Shown here: positions 33,801 through 46,153 of the stretch, one piece after another
Position numbering within the stretch: position 1 is the first letter of the stretch
How the letters are laid out: each line of letters opens with the position of its first letter
NCBI GenBank assembly: GCA_907165135.1
Contig: OU015568.1
Span: 6,820,001 to 6,884,000, forward strand
Length of the DNA: 64,000 nucleotides
From: Oikopleura dioica
Taxonomy: Eukaryota > Animalia > Chordata
Direction: 5' to 3'
The notes under the pieces: model-generated
Told to the model about the DNA's origin: nothing
The model's database searches: none
Seen by the model: the letters and a program-made list of their open reading frames with translations, nothing else
Made by a program: the position numbers and the translations under genes

Positions 33801-35466
33801 GCACAATGCGGTCGCACTCGATGGCGAGCAAAATCCAGTTAGGCGAAATGATAAGGTCAAGGTGATTGATGGGCCACATAACGGGAAAGAAGGAGAAGTC
33901 AAGCATTTGTACAGAGGCTTTTGCTTCATCTACAATCGAAAGCACATTGATTCTGGTCGGTGTCATTTGCGTCTAACGAGGCATTAAATCTATTGTTAGG
34001 TGGTATGTTTGTTGCGAGAGCTCGACATCTTTCGCTGGCGGGTTCCAATTCGGGCGCAATCGCCTCTAATCTCGTCCCCATGTCGCCAAGAATTGCTCAA
34101 TCCCCGCAGCGAAACGACGGGGGAGCAACTCCTGGTCGAGGCACTCCAGGAAAGCGCGGCGGTGCTGCTGCTTCTGCTCAGAGGTCGCAGCGTGACACGA
34201 AAATGATCGGTCAGACCATTCGAATCATTAAAGGGCCATACAAGGGTCACATCGGTATTGTCAGAGATGCTACACCTAACGACTGCCAGATTGAATTGCA
34301 CTCTGACTGCTTCAAGGTAGAGATAAACGATGGAATTCTGATTTACAGATATTCTAGCATATCACAGTCAAAAAGACCAATCTGACTCACGTGGATTCAC
34401 GCGGCAGAGGACCTGGAGGAAACTCGACTCCTTTCGGAAGAACACCTGCTCATGGCTCGCACACTCCTGCCTATCACAGTGGCGCAAGAACTCCAGCTTA
34501 TGGATCTACAACACCGCGTGCTGATGGTTCAAGAACTCCTTCTCAATGGGACGGTGGGAGAACACCCCAGTACGATGGCGGAAGAACTCCGCGTGGAGAA
34601 GAAAATCCTTGGAATTCCAAAGGTATTTTACGAGGAGTTTTTGCAATTAAAAATGCTCGTAGTTGCGAATACACCGAGAGACGACAGCTTCGGAGACAGT
34701 TACGATACTCCACAAACTCCTGGAACACCATTCGAGAGTCGCCAATCCGATTATGCTCCTTCACCACAGTATGCTCCACAGACACCGAGCTACGACCAGA
34801 GCTCTACTCCTTACAGCATAAATCCATCCCCATCACCCGGTCCTTACTCGGACACTATCACTCCTTCACCAGCTTATGGATCGTCTGGTCCTACACCTTC
34901 TCCAGGGTAAGAGCTTTCTCTCGCTTTTTCTTGGCAATAAGAACATCCTTTAGTTACAAACCAACACCATCACCAGGTGGCTACGACGTCAGCCCGTCAC
35001 CAAATGCATTCACGCCAATGAATTACTCGCCTTCAATGTCGCCAATGTTCGGCCAAGGCGACGGAAATATCAACAATGTGGATTGGCACTCGGAAGACAT
35101 TGAAGTAACCATCAAGGACTCTCATGATGATGCAGGTTATCGTGGAAAGACTGGAATCATCAAAACTATCAGTGGACATGTTTCATCCGTTTGGGTTCCA
35201 GATCTTGACCAGGTAGGAATTTTTCAAAGAAAACAATGAATAAAACTTTGACCAAGACTGTATCTGTTGGAAACGACAATCTTTCGCCTGTGCAGCCACA
35301 AAAGAACCACAAGGTCAAGGTGTTGCACGGCGACGACCAAGGCCACACCGGAGAGCTCATCTCTATCGACGGCAATGACGGTATCGTTCGAATGGATGCC
35401 GATCAGCAACTCAAGATTCTCCAGCTCAAGTTCCTCGGCAAAATTGGAACTGCTGGCTCTAGTTAA
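30804..35466 (+). CDS. SUPT5H: Transcription elongation factor SPT5
   Basis: Acidic N-terminus. NGN domain ([23 protein letters not shown]). KOW repeats. CTR repeats (TPAYG, GGRTPQY). C-terminal [17 protein letters not shown]. Confidence 0.97.
31250..32113 (-). CDS. Calcineurin-B/CHP-like EF-hand protein nested antisense in an SPT5 intron
   Basis: Spliced product [21 protein letters not shown]...[13 protein letters not shown]...[27 protein letters not shown]...HMSIK aligns with the CHP1 pattern. Includes a GA-AG intron at 31810-31863. Confidence 0.85.
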
Positions 35467-35626
35467 ATTATAGCGAATGTTTCTACTCGTTATGTTCCTT
35501 CTACTGTTCACGACCCAAACTTTCGGCGCTGACATCTATATTTAGGCACATTTTAAACATTGCCCAAGCACTTTTGCTAAAAACGTCCATTCGTAAAAAG
35601 ATCTTATTTAGAAGTCGTTTTGAAGC

Positions 35627-36592
35627 ATGGCTATTTTGACGCCGCTATTTTTCGTCTTTAGAAACTACAAGGTACAGGAAAGACTTATTATCTGATAATT
35701 ATCATTCGAAAGGAAATCTCTGCCAAAGTAACAGCGGCTCTCTTCTGCAACATCCTCCTCTCCGCACTCTTCATTATTGTCCGCAAAACTCCTGGAATAT
35801 GCGAATCTCTACCCAGCACGGAGGTTACTATTCCATAAAGAACCATTTATGAATTGCTAGAATACTCCTTGTGACTTTGACTGGCGAGAAATGGAAGCTT
35901 TCATGTTCCTCTCCTGTATCATCGTTATTAGAAATCGCAGTGCCTTGAGTTGGTATCAGACCTACTCGACTGCCCTTCAGTTTGCCAAACTCACAAGTGC
36001 TTATCTCTTCTGGCGAATGAACATTTACTTCGGCCTCTTCTACATTATCCGTAAGTGACCTTGTTCAGTTTATCGTTATTCCTGATTAGTTTGTATTATC
36101 CGACTTTACTTCCTCCCCGACGATCGAATCAAGCTTCCCGACTCTGTCGAATACCTCAACGACCTCCAAGAATGCTCCAAAGGTTACTGGCTGATCTGCC
36201 TCTACTCCACCTGGTCTCCTCAGTGCCAGAAGGTCGCTCCTGTCTTCTCTGAGCTCAGCCGCAAATACGCTTGCGAAGGCTTCAAATTCGGCAAAAGTAG
36301 TTGAAAATATCCTCTTCCTTGATTCCAAATCCATATTTTAGTTGATATTGGGCGACATGAGGATATCGCCAAGAAATTCAAAATCAGAACTGATTCCATG
36401 TCTCAACAGCTTCCTACAGTTGTCTTGATGCAAGACGGCGCTGGATTGCAAAAACGACCTGTCGTCCAGAGCAGCGGAAAGTTGCAAAAGTTCCACTTCA
36501 CCGAGGAGAATATGATCCAAGCATTCCATCTCAATCAAGTTTACAACGAAGTCTCGAAGGGCAAGAAGCCCGAACAGAAGAAAAATGATTAA
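35627..36592 (+). CDS. TMX2: Thioredoxin-related transmembrane protein 2
   Basis: PCDFDWREMEAFMFL...; atypical WSPQC site; FKFGKVDIGR; QLPTVVL; FHFTEENMIQAFHLN. Confidence 0.9.
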
Positions 36593-36812
36593 AATGATCA
36601 TGGCCTGATTATTAGGATAAATCGAATTGCTTTATTTATTTTTTAAAAGTACTTTTTCGCGTGTAGCCAATAACTGCTTGTGAGATGAAGGAACACTTCA
36701 GTCTCGCATACTTCTGATTATTTCTTCAATGTGTGTGCCAATCTTAGCAAAATAAATGTTTTTACACATGTGACAGAGGTTAAAAATCATCTTTGCAGAA
36801 TCTAATGAAGAT

Positions 36813-39800
36813 ATGACTTCGGATTCGACGAACAACATTTTTGCGTCTTCGATGCGGATCAAATCGGCCCCAGTGTCTGCTAAGCAGCGAACAAAGCCAA
36901 AGATGAACGGTGTCTTTGAAATGCCCTCATCTCGTTCTACCTCCCGCTCGACAGCTAGGAATACGAATAGAGGGAAACCAAAGCCTGCTTGGGCACAGCC
37001 TGCGGCACCGAAAAAGTCTGATAAGACACCTGTGAAATCAGCGAGGCTCGCTCGTCCGAAGAGTCCTGTTTCAGAGCACGAGCAAACTAGAATAATTTCC
37101 AAGGTGGATTCAAAAATAATCTTTTTTAATAAATTATTGAATAAGGCTTCATCAAATGGCACTCGCTCAACTCCAAGTTCATCGCCCACGTCTGTTCGCA
37201 TGTCCGTATCTAGGAGCTTCCACATCAAACAACCCGCGATGATCGATTCAATCCGGCTTACAGAGGATACCTTAGAGCTACCGCGAGTGAGTAGTGAAAG
37301 TAGCTGCATCACTGAGTTCGAAAAGCGAGATCACGCGGCTGGGCGAATTCAACTTTGGTACCGACAGAGAAAATTTAACAAAGGATTGATGGAAGGACTC
37401 AGACGATTTCTAGAGCAAGAAAGGTATGCGAAATCGACTGATTATTTACACCTCCTATTTTAGAGCGGAAGCTGCAAGGAGAAAAAATGCTCGGGGAATT
37501 TTAAGAACTCCTCGAGAACAGACAGTTAAAAAAGTAAAACCTTCTTCGACAAGTATAAAAATGACGAGAAAGGAAGCTCCTTCAACAGCTCGTGCGCGCT
37601 CCCGCCCTCGACCAAAGAATGTGGAGCTGACTCCGAAACCAAAGACGGCAAGAGACTACAGTGAAAATCTTGATGGCACTCTTTCTGATATCAAATTCTC
37701 GGCAAGAATTGAATCAAAGAGGCCGCGCTCTCGAGCTTCTTCGAAAAACTCATTATCGCCAACTTCCTCTCCTCAATCAATATCGACTCTCTCCAGGCCT
37801 GTTTTCTACTCTCCGCGGGAGCCGGAAGTCAAATTCGCTGCTGAAGTTCCAAAAGCGACAGCATTAAAATCCTCGGTGACAAAATCGCCAATCAGCTCTG
37901 CTCGATCCAACTCCGTCGATGACAAACTAAAAGCCCTGATGAGCGCGCTGACCACTTTAGAAACACCATCCAAAGCTCCACAAACGCACATTGAAGTAGG
38001 ACAGTCAATTACAGACCTGAAACTGGCGAATATGGACCAAGAACTGAGAATGCTCGAGCAAAAATCAAAGGCTGCTGGGCACGATGGCGCTGGGGACAAT
38101 CCAGCCTGGAAGAAAAAAGCGGAAGAAGCGGAGAAACTGGGAAACTTATTCATCAACGAGACTCAATTCGAAAAAGAGCAGATGGAAAATCAACTGCAAG
38201 TGCTTCATTCTGCGATCAAACAGATCAAGGAGCAGTCGGCAGCGAGCCTTGAAAATCAGGAAAAACTTTTCGCCGAAGAACGGGCTAGGCTGCAAGCAAA
38301 CTCTTCTCAGGTAACTCATAAGCTAGCTACAGTCATATAATCATACACAATTCTAGCAACATCAACGACAGCTCAATTTCATCGACCAACTTATCAAGGA
38401 CAAAGAGCAACTCGCCGAGCAAGTGACGAAACTTGTCGCCAAAATCGAAAAAGACTCCGCTAAAAGCGAAAAAACGATCAACGAGATGAAAGAAAAACAT
38501 CAAATAGAACTTGTAACAGTGAAAGATAAGCTCGTCTCGGCGGAAAAGATAAGAAGGGACAAGTGGGTTGAGCAGAAACAAAAAGAAATCAAGGATCTGA
38601 CAGTGAAAGGGCTAGAGCCTGAAATTGCCAGACTTATTGCGAGACATCAGCAGGAGTTGAGAAATGTTGAAGCTACGCATAAGGTACTTATCAAGCCAGT
38701 TATCCACCCCTTATATATATATTTTCCAAGGCGGAACTCTTAGCAGCTGACGAAAGAGCAGCTAGAAGATGGTCGGACCAAACTGAACGAATGCGCCAAG
38801 CCCACGAAGAAGAAAAAGTCCAAATATCCGAACGAGAGCGTCAACGAGCCCGAGAAAACCTAGAAAGACAACTTCAAACAATCGAGCAAGAGAACCAGGT
38901 AGCAAGAGACCGGTTAGAGTACGAAAAGCGCTCTGAGATCGAGCGTCAAGAGGAGCATCTTGAGTATTTGAAGGAATCGCACAAGGCGCAGATCCGAAAC
39001 TTGGAGACCCTGCATGCTGATAATATGGCTTCGAATGTGGAGGAGTGGAAGGCGAAGTTGATGAATATGCAAAAGCAAAAAGAAGTTGACATTGAAATTG
39101 AACAACAAAAAGTAAGCCGCAAATTATATTTATTGACACATATCAAAATAAAAAAATGCTGGCAAGATGAAGCAGGTTTACTTGCGCTTCTGAAGAAAAT
39201 CCTAAATACTCGTAAAGGCCTCATAAAAATTAACCAGTAAAATAAAGATATTTACTATTATTGAAAGCGGCTTGGATATTGTTTGTTTTTGGGCTTCCTA
39301 GAAGAATTGGAATCATCAATGTCGAAACGAAAATTTATTTTCGGTAAAATTTCAGTAAAAATATCTTAAAATCAGCAAAATGATGATGACTGAATTCTGA
39401 CTAATGATTGAAAAAAGTATTCCAAAAAGCCACAAAAATCGTTTCCGACCTTATCGACTCCAATTCTTCCAGAAAGCCTGACGAGATACAGTTGCCTGCG
39501 AACGGTTGGAACTTTGTCCAGACGAACCACTGGACGTCGACTTCTCTGTTCTACGCTCCTGACTCGCAGAGTTCTGTGCATTCTGACTATTTTGTAATAG
39601 TCCCCTCGCATCCTGCAGCAGCTGCTTGACTATAAAATACAAAAAAAGCATCAGTCAGATTTTACATAGTTACCTTCATCTCGTTCAAGTCCTTGAAAAT
39701 TGACCTTGGTCGAGGTCCCATCGGGCCTTGTCTTGCTGATGACAATCTTTTTTCCTTGCTCCATGGTAGTTTAATCTCTTTAATGCTTTATGAATTATAA

Positions 39801-40812
39801 GCGCTAATTTTTAGTTATTAAAATTTATAATGTGAAGGTTATTTTTGTCTCCAACCGTTTATATACCCGGGGCGCGCGAGCGTGACTCGAAAGTACAGAA
39901 CCAATAAGGCGTACTCAATATATTTGCGCGCCATATTTAATTATAAAAAATACCAAATACTTATTTATTTCAGGCAGAACAAAGAATAAACCAGTACAGA
40001 GCAGAGCTAGAAAAGGAATTCGATGAAAAATCAAAACAGCTAGAATCAAAATTACGAGCCAAAGTCAAAGCTGAACGAGACGCTGAAATCGAACGCGTTG
40101 TCGACCGAGTTGAACGCGAAATGGAAGAAAATCGGTAATTCCCGACCCTTAGAAACCTGGTTGATAATCATCTTTTCTAGCGAGAACTCAGAAAGAGCTG
40201 CAGAAAATAAAATCCTTCGCGTGCAAGAAAAGATGCAAAAAGAAGTCGACCGCGCCGAGGCAGCAGAAAACGAAGCTCTGAAGAAATATGCCGAAGCTCG
40301 ATCAAATGTCAACGATCTCAGCGAACAACTCATGGCGGAGAGACACAGACTCAATATTACAGCTACTGAGTTGGAGCAGAAACAAGATAGAGTTACAAAA
40401 CTACTTTCTGAAAGGTACTGATGTTTTATCCAACTCGTTTTCAAACAAAGATCTAGGCATCGAGTAGAAGACGTCATCAGAGAAGAATTCGCAGAACGAC
40501 TAGTTTTGATGGAAAAAGAGCTGAAAAGACTGAAACACGAGGCTTCAGAAACTTCAGCGCGGCACAAGCTTCAGCTTCAAGAAAAAGACAAGTAAGAGTC
40601 CTTGTTGATTGCTTCTTTAAAACTGTCAAAGTCTCCGAGAAGAAGAAATCAGCCATCTAACTGACCGAATTCAAAACGCGATCAAACAACGAGACGAGGA
40701 AAACCAGCGCCTTACCAAAGTCGCCGAGCAAGCGCAACGCCGAGCAAACTACATGGAAGAAATGCTAGAAAAGCAAAATGCTCTACTGCGACAAAAGACC
40801 GCGAAAAAGTGA
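36813..40812 (+). CDS. CEP131: Centrosomal protein 131 (AZI1)
   Basis: IQ-like AAGRIQLWYRQR. Conserved KWVEQKQKEIKDLTVKGLEPEIARLIARHQQE. IERVVDRVEREME; VIREEFAERL; VKRANYMEEMLEKQ-like C-terminus. Confidence 0.88.
39451..39764 (-). CDS. Small (about 89 aa) Ser-rich protein nested antisense in a CEP131 intron
   Basis: ATG at 39764. A 43-nt GT-AG intron joins in phase to give MEQGKKIVISKTRPDG...ERDEVKQLLQDARG...FWKNWSR. Confidence 0.55.
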
Positions 40813-41034
40813 CTTTTCAGGTCCAATTCTTATTTAACCATTCTGCATGATATTTCTTCCATTCCATTCTTTCCCATTTGTCTATATTTTTTGTTAATAA
40901 CGACTTTAAAAGTTCCTAAATGATGATTTTACGTTTTTTACTTTACTTTATTTTTATACTGTGATGAAAAATCTATTTTGTCTATTTGTTTATTTAAAAA
41001 CTTCAATAAAACAGACTCTTCAGAGAAAAAGAAA

Positions 41035-41480
41035 ATGAGACTCACTTGTTTAAAAAGATATATGCCCGCAAAAAGATACATAAAAGGCGAACAACTTGAA
41101 AAGTAAGAGCAACGTTAACAATGATTTTTTCAATTCTTCGAGCAAAGGTCGATTTGGGAGCATACGCACGGAGAAATTCACGGGAAGGATCACAGTTTTG
41201 CAGGAATCAGACCTGTTCCGACTCCGAGACTCGCTCCGCATCTGGACCCATTTGGGGCGGTGGAAAATGTCCCGCGAGAAATAGAAGATATGTCGGATTA
41301 TTTCAACTGGCGAAAGGAAATGGGCTCATTCTTTAATCGACCAGGATTGCTGTAGTTTTAGCCATACCAGCGCTCGCTTTCTCGCAGCAAAAAGCAGTTA
41401 TGACTAGAACAACTGAAAATCAAATGAAAAAATATCAGACGAGCCCGGTCAAAGGACAGTATGAAAGGTCTGGAAGATAA
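41035..41480 (+). CDS. Small single-TM protein with a basic, mitochondrial-presequence-like N-terminus
   Basis: Three exons (one GT-AG and one GC-AG intron) give MRLTCLKRYMPAKRY...YFNWIAVVLAIPALAFSQQ...ERSGR. Confidence 0.5.
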
Positions 41481-41505
41481 TCCTGTTCGTGACTTCCAGA
41501 CAGAT

Positions 41506-42206
41506 ATGAAATACTTTGCTCGACGTTATGTTATTTCCATACACAGAAAGACATGCAAGGGACCAACTCAGCACGAGCGTGGCGGGAAAAGAGGTAACTT
41601 TGTCTAGGATTTTTATGAGTAAAGAAACTCCTAATTTAGACATTTTCGATATTATTCTCCATGATCGCAGAGTGGGTCACCCTGCAGATGAAATCTTCTC
41701 CGGGCGAAAATGGGATGTAGAGCTTCTTGGCCAGCTCGACATGCAGCCTAACTTTTGGAATGAAAAAGTCGTGAATCTCGATGTTAATAAAATTCTCTAT
41801 TACATCGGTCTTGGTGTTACTCTTCAGCAAGATGTTGCTGAACTTCTTGGAACTCTAGGAGTGCTCCCCGTTCATCCTGCTGCCAGGATACGACTTTCAA
41901 AGCTTCATGAAACGAGGAAGAATATGGTTGAAGATAGTGGAGCTGTCGGTGAATACGGAGGATACTTGAAATATTGGTAAAACAGCCTTTTTAACTCCTT
42001 TTTCTACTTCGATTTTCAGCACAACTGAGAATCAAGCAGCAAGAGAGCATTTAACACTAGAAGAGTACGAAGAAAAAATCTTAGAAGAGCGAAAACAAAT
42101 GATCGAAAGAAGAGTTTTGAAGCGTGAAAAGGGCGCTGACTCTAGTGCCGATTCTCACTCTTCAGTAGATAATGATTATGACGATGATGATGAAGATGTT
42201 TTCTGA
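41506..42206 (+). CDS. MRPS16: Mitochondrial ribosomal protein S16
   Basis: VELLGQLDMQPNFWNEKVVNLDVNKILYYIGLGVTLQQDVAELLGTLGVLPVHP matches the bS16m pattern VEQLGSYDPLPN..EKLVALN..RI..WIG.GA......LLG..G..P.HP. Confidence 0.8.
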
Positions 42207-42260
42207 ATTCAATAATAAAAAGCTCACTGTCAACAAATAAGAAAGAGTCTTGTTTAGACG

Positions 42261-43167
42261 ATGATCTGTCGGCATCTTAATCGTTTCGGTCTCAGGCAAT
42301 CTTCTCAACTCCCGAAAATTGCTCAAAACACGGAGCTTGATAAGACCGCAATGCTGGAAAATAAGAGCTGGCAAACTTTCTACACGGCGGATCGAGACTT
42401 TGTAAATATCGCCAAACGTTCTTTATCTGCCCGTTATTATGGCTCAAAAGGATTGAAGCTCATCATCTCCTATTTTGCTGCTAAAAGTTGTCTATTCATG
42501 GCTACGGAACTTCCTCTTTTCATGATTCAAATGCGAGAAATCGAGTCTTTCTTCCTCATGAGCGCAGCTTTCGGGCTGTTTCACCTTTATTTATACACTG
42601 GGAGGAACCCAATTACGAAAATGCAAATAAACGAAAGGTAAACTTTTGCAAAGTCATTTTAGCATCACTTGACTTTCAATAAGACTAGATAAACTTCGCG
42701 TGGAGCGACTCATATCAGCAGAAACTTCTGAAGTGAAAGAAATTTCGAGGAAATCCGTTGTTCCAGTTGAATTCGATCAAATCCAGGCGATGCAGCCGCT
42801 GATTATCAGAGAGGGTTCATCAGAAGAGCTTCTTGGTCATTTTCCCGTGACGAAGGAAGTATCTGTCGGAAATACAGTCGCCTTTGAGCTTGTCTTTGGA
42901 CCGAGTTGCTACAATACGTTCCAATTTTTCCAGCGTGGAGAACGAATCGGCCTCGAAAGCCTCTTCGAAAAACGAAATAAGTTATTGATGAACAAGTTCA
43001 AAAAAGAGCAAGCGATGCTGAAAATCAAAGGCGGCTCTAGTGGATACATAACGAAAATAGATAGAATGAACAAAATGGAAGATATTCAACGAAGTTTACG
43101 CTATAGAAGGCGTTCGCTTGGCCAGCAGCTTTTGAAAATATCTCAACCTGTTGAATTAAAGTGGTAG
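42261..43167 (+). CDS. Uncharacterised membrane protein, probably mitochondrial (presequence-like start, two hydrophobic segments)
   Basis: Two long open exons. Basic N-terminus MICRHLNRFGLRQSS. Lies in the operon-like run. Confidence 0.55.
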
Positions 43168-43199
43168 AGATCGAAATCCTTTCAATCTTCGTTTTAAGA

Positions 43200-44996
43200 A
43201 TGAGTCGGTTGCTCCTTCTGAAAGACCTTGCTTCAGTAAAGAGCATCTCCTCAATTTTATCAAAAATTCCAGCTCGGGAACAAATCACCGGCCCTTTGCT
43301 TATCAAACCGAACTACTCATCAGACAATTTCACTGAAAGCAAAGTCGATTCAAATGTCTTCAAGATTCTTTCTCAAATTTACTCCGCTTCTGAATCAATC
43401 ATTCCACTAGAAGATACCCGCGTTCTTCTCCCTTCTTCAAAGTCTACTTCTACCCAGACGGATGAAATTTTTACTGATTGCAAGTCGCTAGCTGATGAAT
43501 ACAACGCTATCTTTCTCAATGCTGATCTTGCTGAAAACAACGATGAAGAACTGTTCGTCAATAAAGGAGAACATCCACGCTACAACTCGACTTGCCTTGG
43601 TGGCACTTTCGATCGACTTCATGTTGCCCACAAGATTCTTATCTCCGAAGCTCTTCTTCTCGCAAGGCAAAGAATCGTCATTGGTATTGCTTCAGGTCCG
43701 TTGTTGGAGAAAAAGCTGCTGAAGGAACTCATCGAGCCAATTGATAAACGCGTCGACGCGGTGAAACTCTTCATTGACTCTGTTCAAAGTCATCTCGAAA
43801 CAGTCGAAGTTGTCGGAATCACTGATCCTGTTGGACCAGCGGGAACTGATGCTGATCTTGAGTGTATTGTTGTGTCCGAAGAAGTCATCGGCGCGATCCC
43901 ATCAATAAACAGCGGAAGGAACAAACTGGGGCTCAAGGATCTATCTTTTCATGTTCACAATGACGGGAAGATGCTTGAATCTGGACATAAAGACAGTGTT
44001 GACCAGATAACAGGAGACGTTTCTTCCTCTGCCGGCCGTGCAAAGCTTCTTGGAACTCTACGATTTCCTCCAAATATCCCATACTCTTCAGATGCGCCTT
44101 ACATTATCGGCTTGACTGGTCCTATCGCTTCTGGAAAAACATCTGTAGCGAAGGTAACCTCATTGTCCTAATGTAAACTAATCACACAGTCAGAGGTTAG
44201 AAAAGCTTGGGGCTTTTCGATTAGATGCTGACAAACTCGGGCACTTGGCGTACGTCCCAGAGACTTCTGAGCATCGAGAAGGACCCGCTTACAAGCCCGT
44301 ACTTGATCATTTTGGCCGCGATATATTATGCGATGACAGCACTTTCATCGACCGCAAGAAGCTCGGTGCCAAGGTCTTTGGCAATCCCGAGGAGCGAAAG
44401 AAGTTGGAACAGCTCGTCTGGCCAGCGATACAAGAACTCGCCGTGGAGAGTATCCAAAAAGCTTTTGCTTCTGGATCGAAAGTAATTGTCTTAGAAGGTA
44501 CTTTTAAAGCTCTCTTCCTTGATTTCAAATATGTGACATATGATATATATGATATAATGATATGTGATGATATATGATATTATATGATATAATATGTCTT
44601 CAGCTGCCGTCCTATTAGAAGCAGGTTGGGATTCATTTGTAAACGAGGTCTGGTCGACATATGTCCCGGTGGAAGAGTCTGTGGCAAGATGTGTTGAGCG
44701 CGATGGGAAGAGCGAAGAAGCTGCGAGGAAAATCATTTCCGCACAAGTGTGGGGATCGTTATCGTAGTATGATACTTTATTAGGGCAAATAATTATAAAT
44801 TTTTGCATGATAGTATCATGATAGTCTCTTAGACCTAGAAAGAGTGACAGTACTAGTTTGAATGAACCCTACGAAAGTCAATCTAAACGAGCGCGTAACC
44901 AAGTCAAATGTTGTCATATCCACTGTTTGGGAACCAACTGTAACTCAGCGTTATTGCGAGAAAGCGTGGGATTTACTGCTAAAGCGTCTGCAATAA
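43200..44996 (+). CDS. COASY: Bifunctional coenzyme A synthase (PPAT plus dephospho-CoA kinase)
   Basis: [12 protein letters not shown]; [22 protein letters not shown]; [12 protein letters not shown]; DADKLGH; [10 protein letters not shown]. Confidence 0.95.
44529..44596. repeat. Degenerate ATATG microsatellite within a COASY intron
   Basis: atatgtgacatatgatatatatgatataatgatatg... directly visible. Confidence 0.85.
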
Positions 44997-45256
44997 ACAC
45001 TTCAAATTTCTGTTCATTTCTTTTTTCTTTTACTTCTGATTGATCAAAGTTCATTTACGGTATGTGACATAAAGGCATTTGATTCTGCTGCAAATTAAGG
45101 GCGGGGTACAACAGAACAAACTGGGAGAAAAACACAAGCGTCACAAGAGTGCTAAGAAGGGGAGTATCAACATGTTAGCAGCTTTTTGATTTATTGAATA
45201 TTTTCAACAGTTGATTCAAGAATGTACATTTGCAGTTGTTACTTCGTTTTTTATCT

Positions 45257-46001
45257 CTACAAAAGTCGTAGTATAAAAGGTCGTTGTTTGTTTTCGTGGT
45301 CGATCCGGGCATTTTTATTCAAGGGATTTAAGCTCCTCAGAAACTTGAGATAGAAGGGAATCAGTTGAATTAGGCTCCGATTTTCTAAGACAAAGGTCTT
45401 TATGTGTATATTTTATGAGCTATTTACCCGTGAATTTGTTCAAGAAGAGCTCTAGAACCGCCGAAATTCTTTTCTCGATAGCCGGATGAAGTTAATTTAG
45501 ATAATCCATCCACGATGGGTAGCTCCTCCTGATTCTTTCCCCCATCGACAGCTGGAAAGTTAAATGTCAATCGGATTTGATATCATATTTTCATACTGCT
45601 CTGAATGTAGTCGAGTACATTTGATTGGACGGGTCTGCACTGATGATCGACCTCGTAGCCGGTAGTATTCTGCACGAAGTTATCGTACTTTCCAGATCGT
45701 TTGAAAGTGTTTGGGATGGCAGTATCCATTCGTTGGATGCTCTCATGCTTTCTCCACTTGATGGCACGGTTTTGCTCCTCTTCCTCGCCGGTCATTATCT
45801 TTCGGCATGTTTTTACCCCACCGACAAGATACTAAAAACGAAATAGAATCTTCTTGTAATCGGAAATACCTGTAAAAAGGGGTCCTTAGATCCTTGGTTC
45901 TTATTTCGGGCCATCATCTTTTTTTCGAATTCAAAATTGAAGTGCGTCAGAAATTTCTGATCTGAGTAGCTTATCTCAATTCTAGCGTCTGCTCCTCGCA
46001 C
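45257..46001 (-). CDS. Putative uncharacterised multi-exon gene; 5' end not resolved
   Basis: Several short GT-AG introns join the open frames in phase (SKDPFLQ | YLVGGVKTCRK..., DYIQS | TVDGG..., EQIHG | KSEPIQ...). No in-frame ATG found. Confidence 0.45.
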
Positions 46002-46153
46002 TTATAGTTCTCGAGTGCCGCCCTCTGTTAACAATTTCTACCCACAGGCCGTGGGCCACAGGGGTCGATCCGTGCAAATTTGCAAACCTTTTTCAATGCC
46101 AAGTTTTTCACAGAACTTATCACACGCTTCGTTTTTAAGATTCACGTCGAGTT

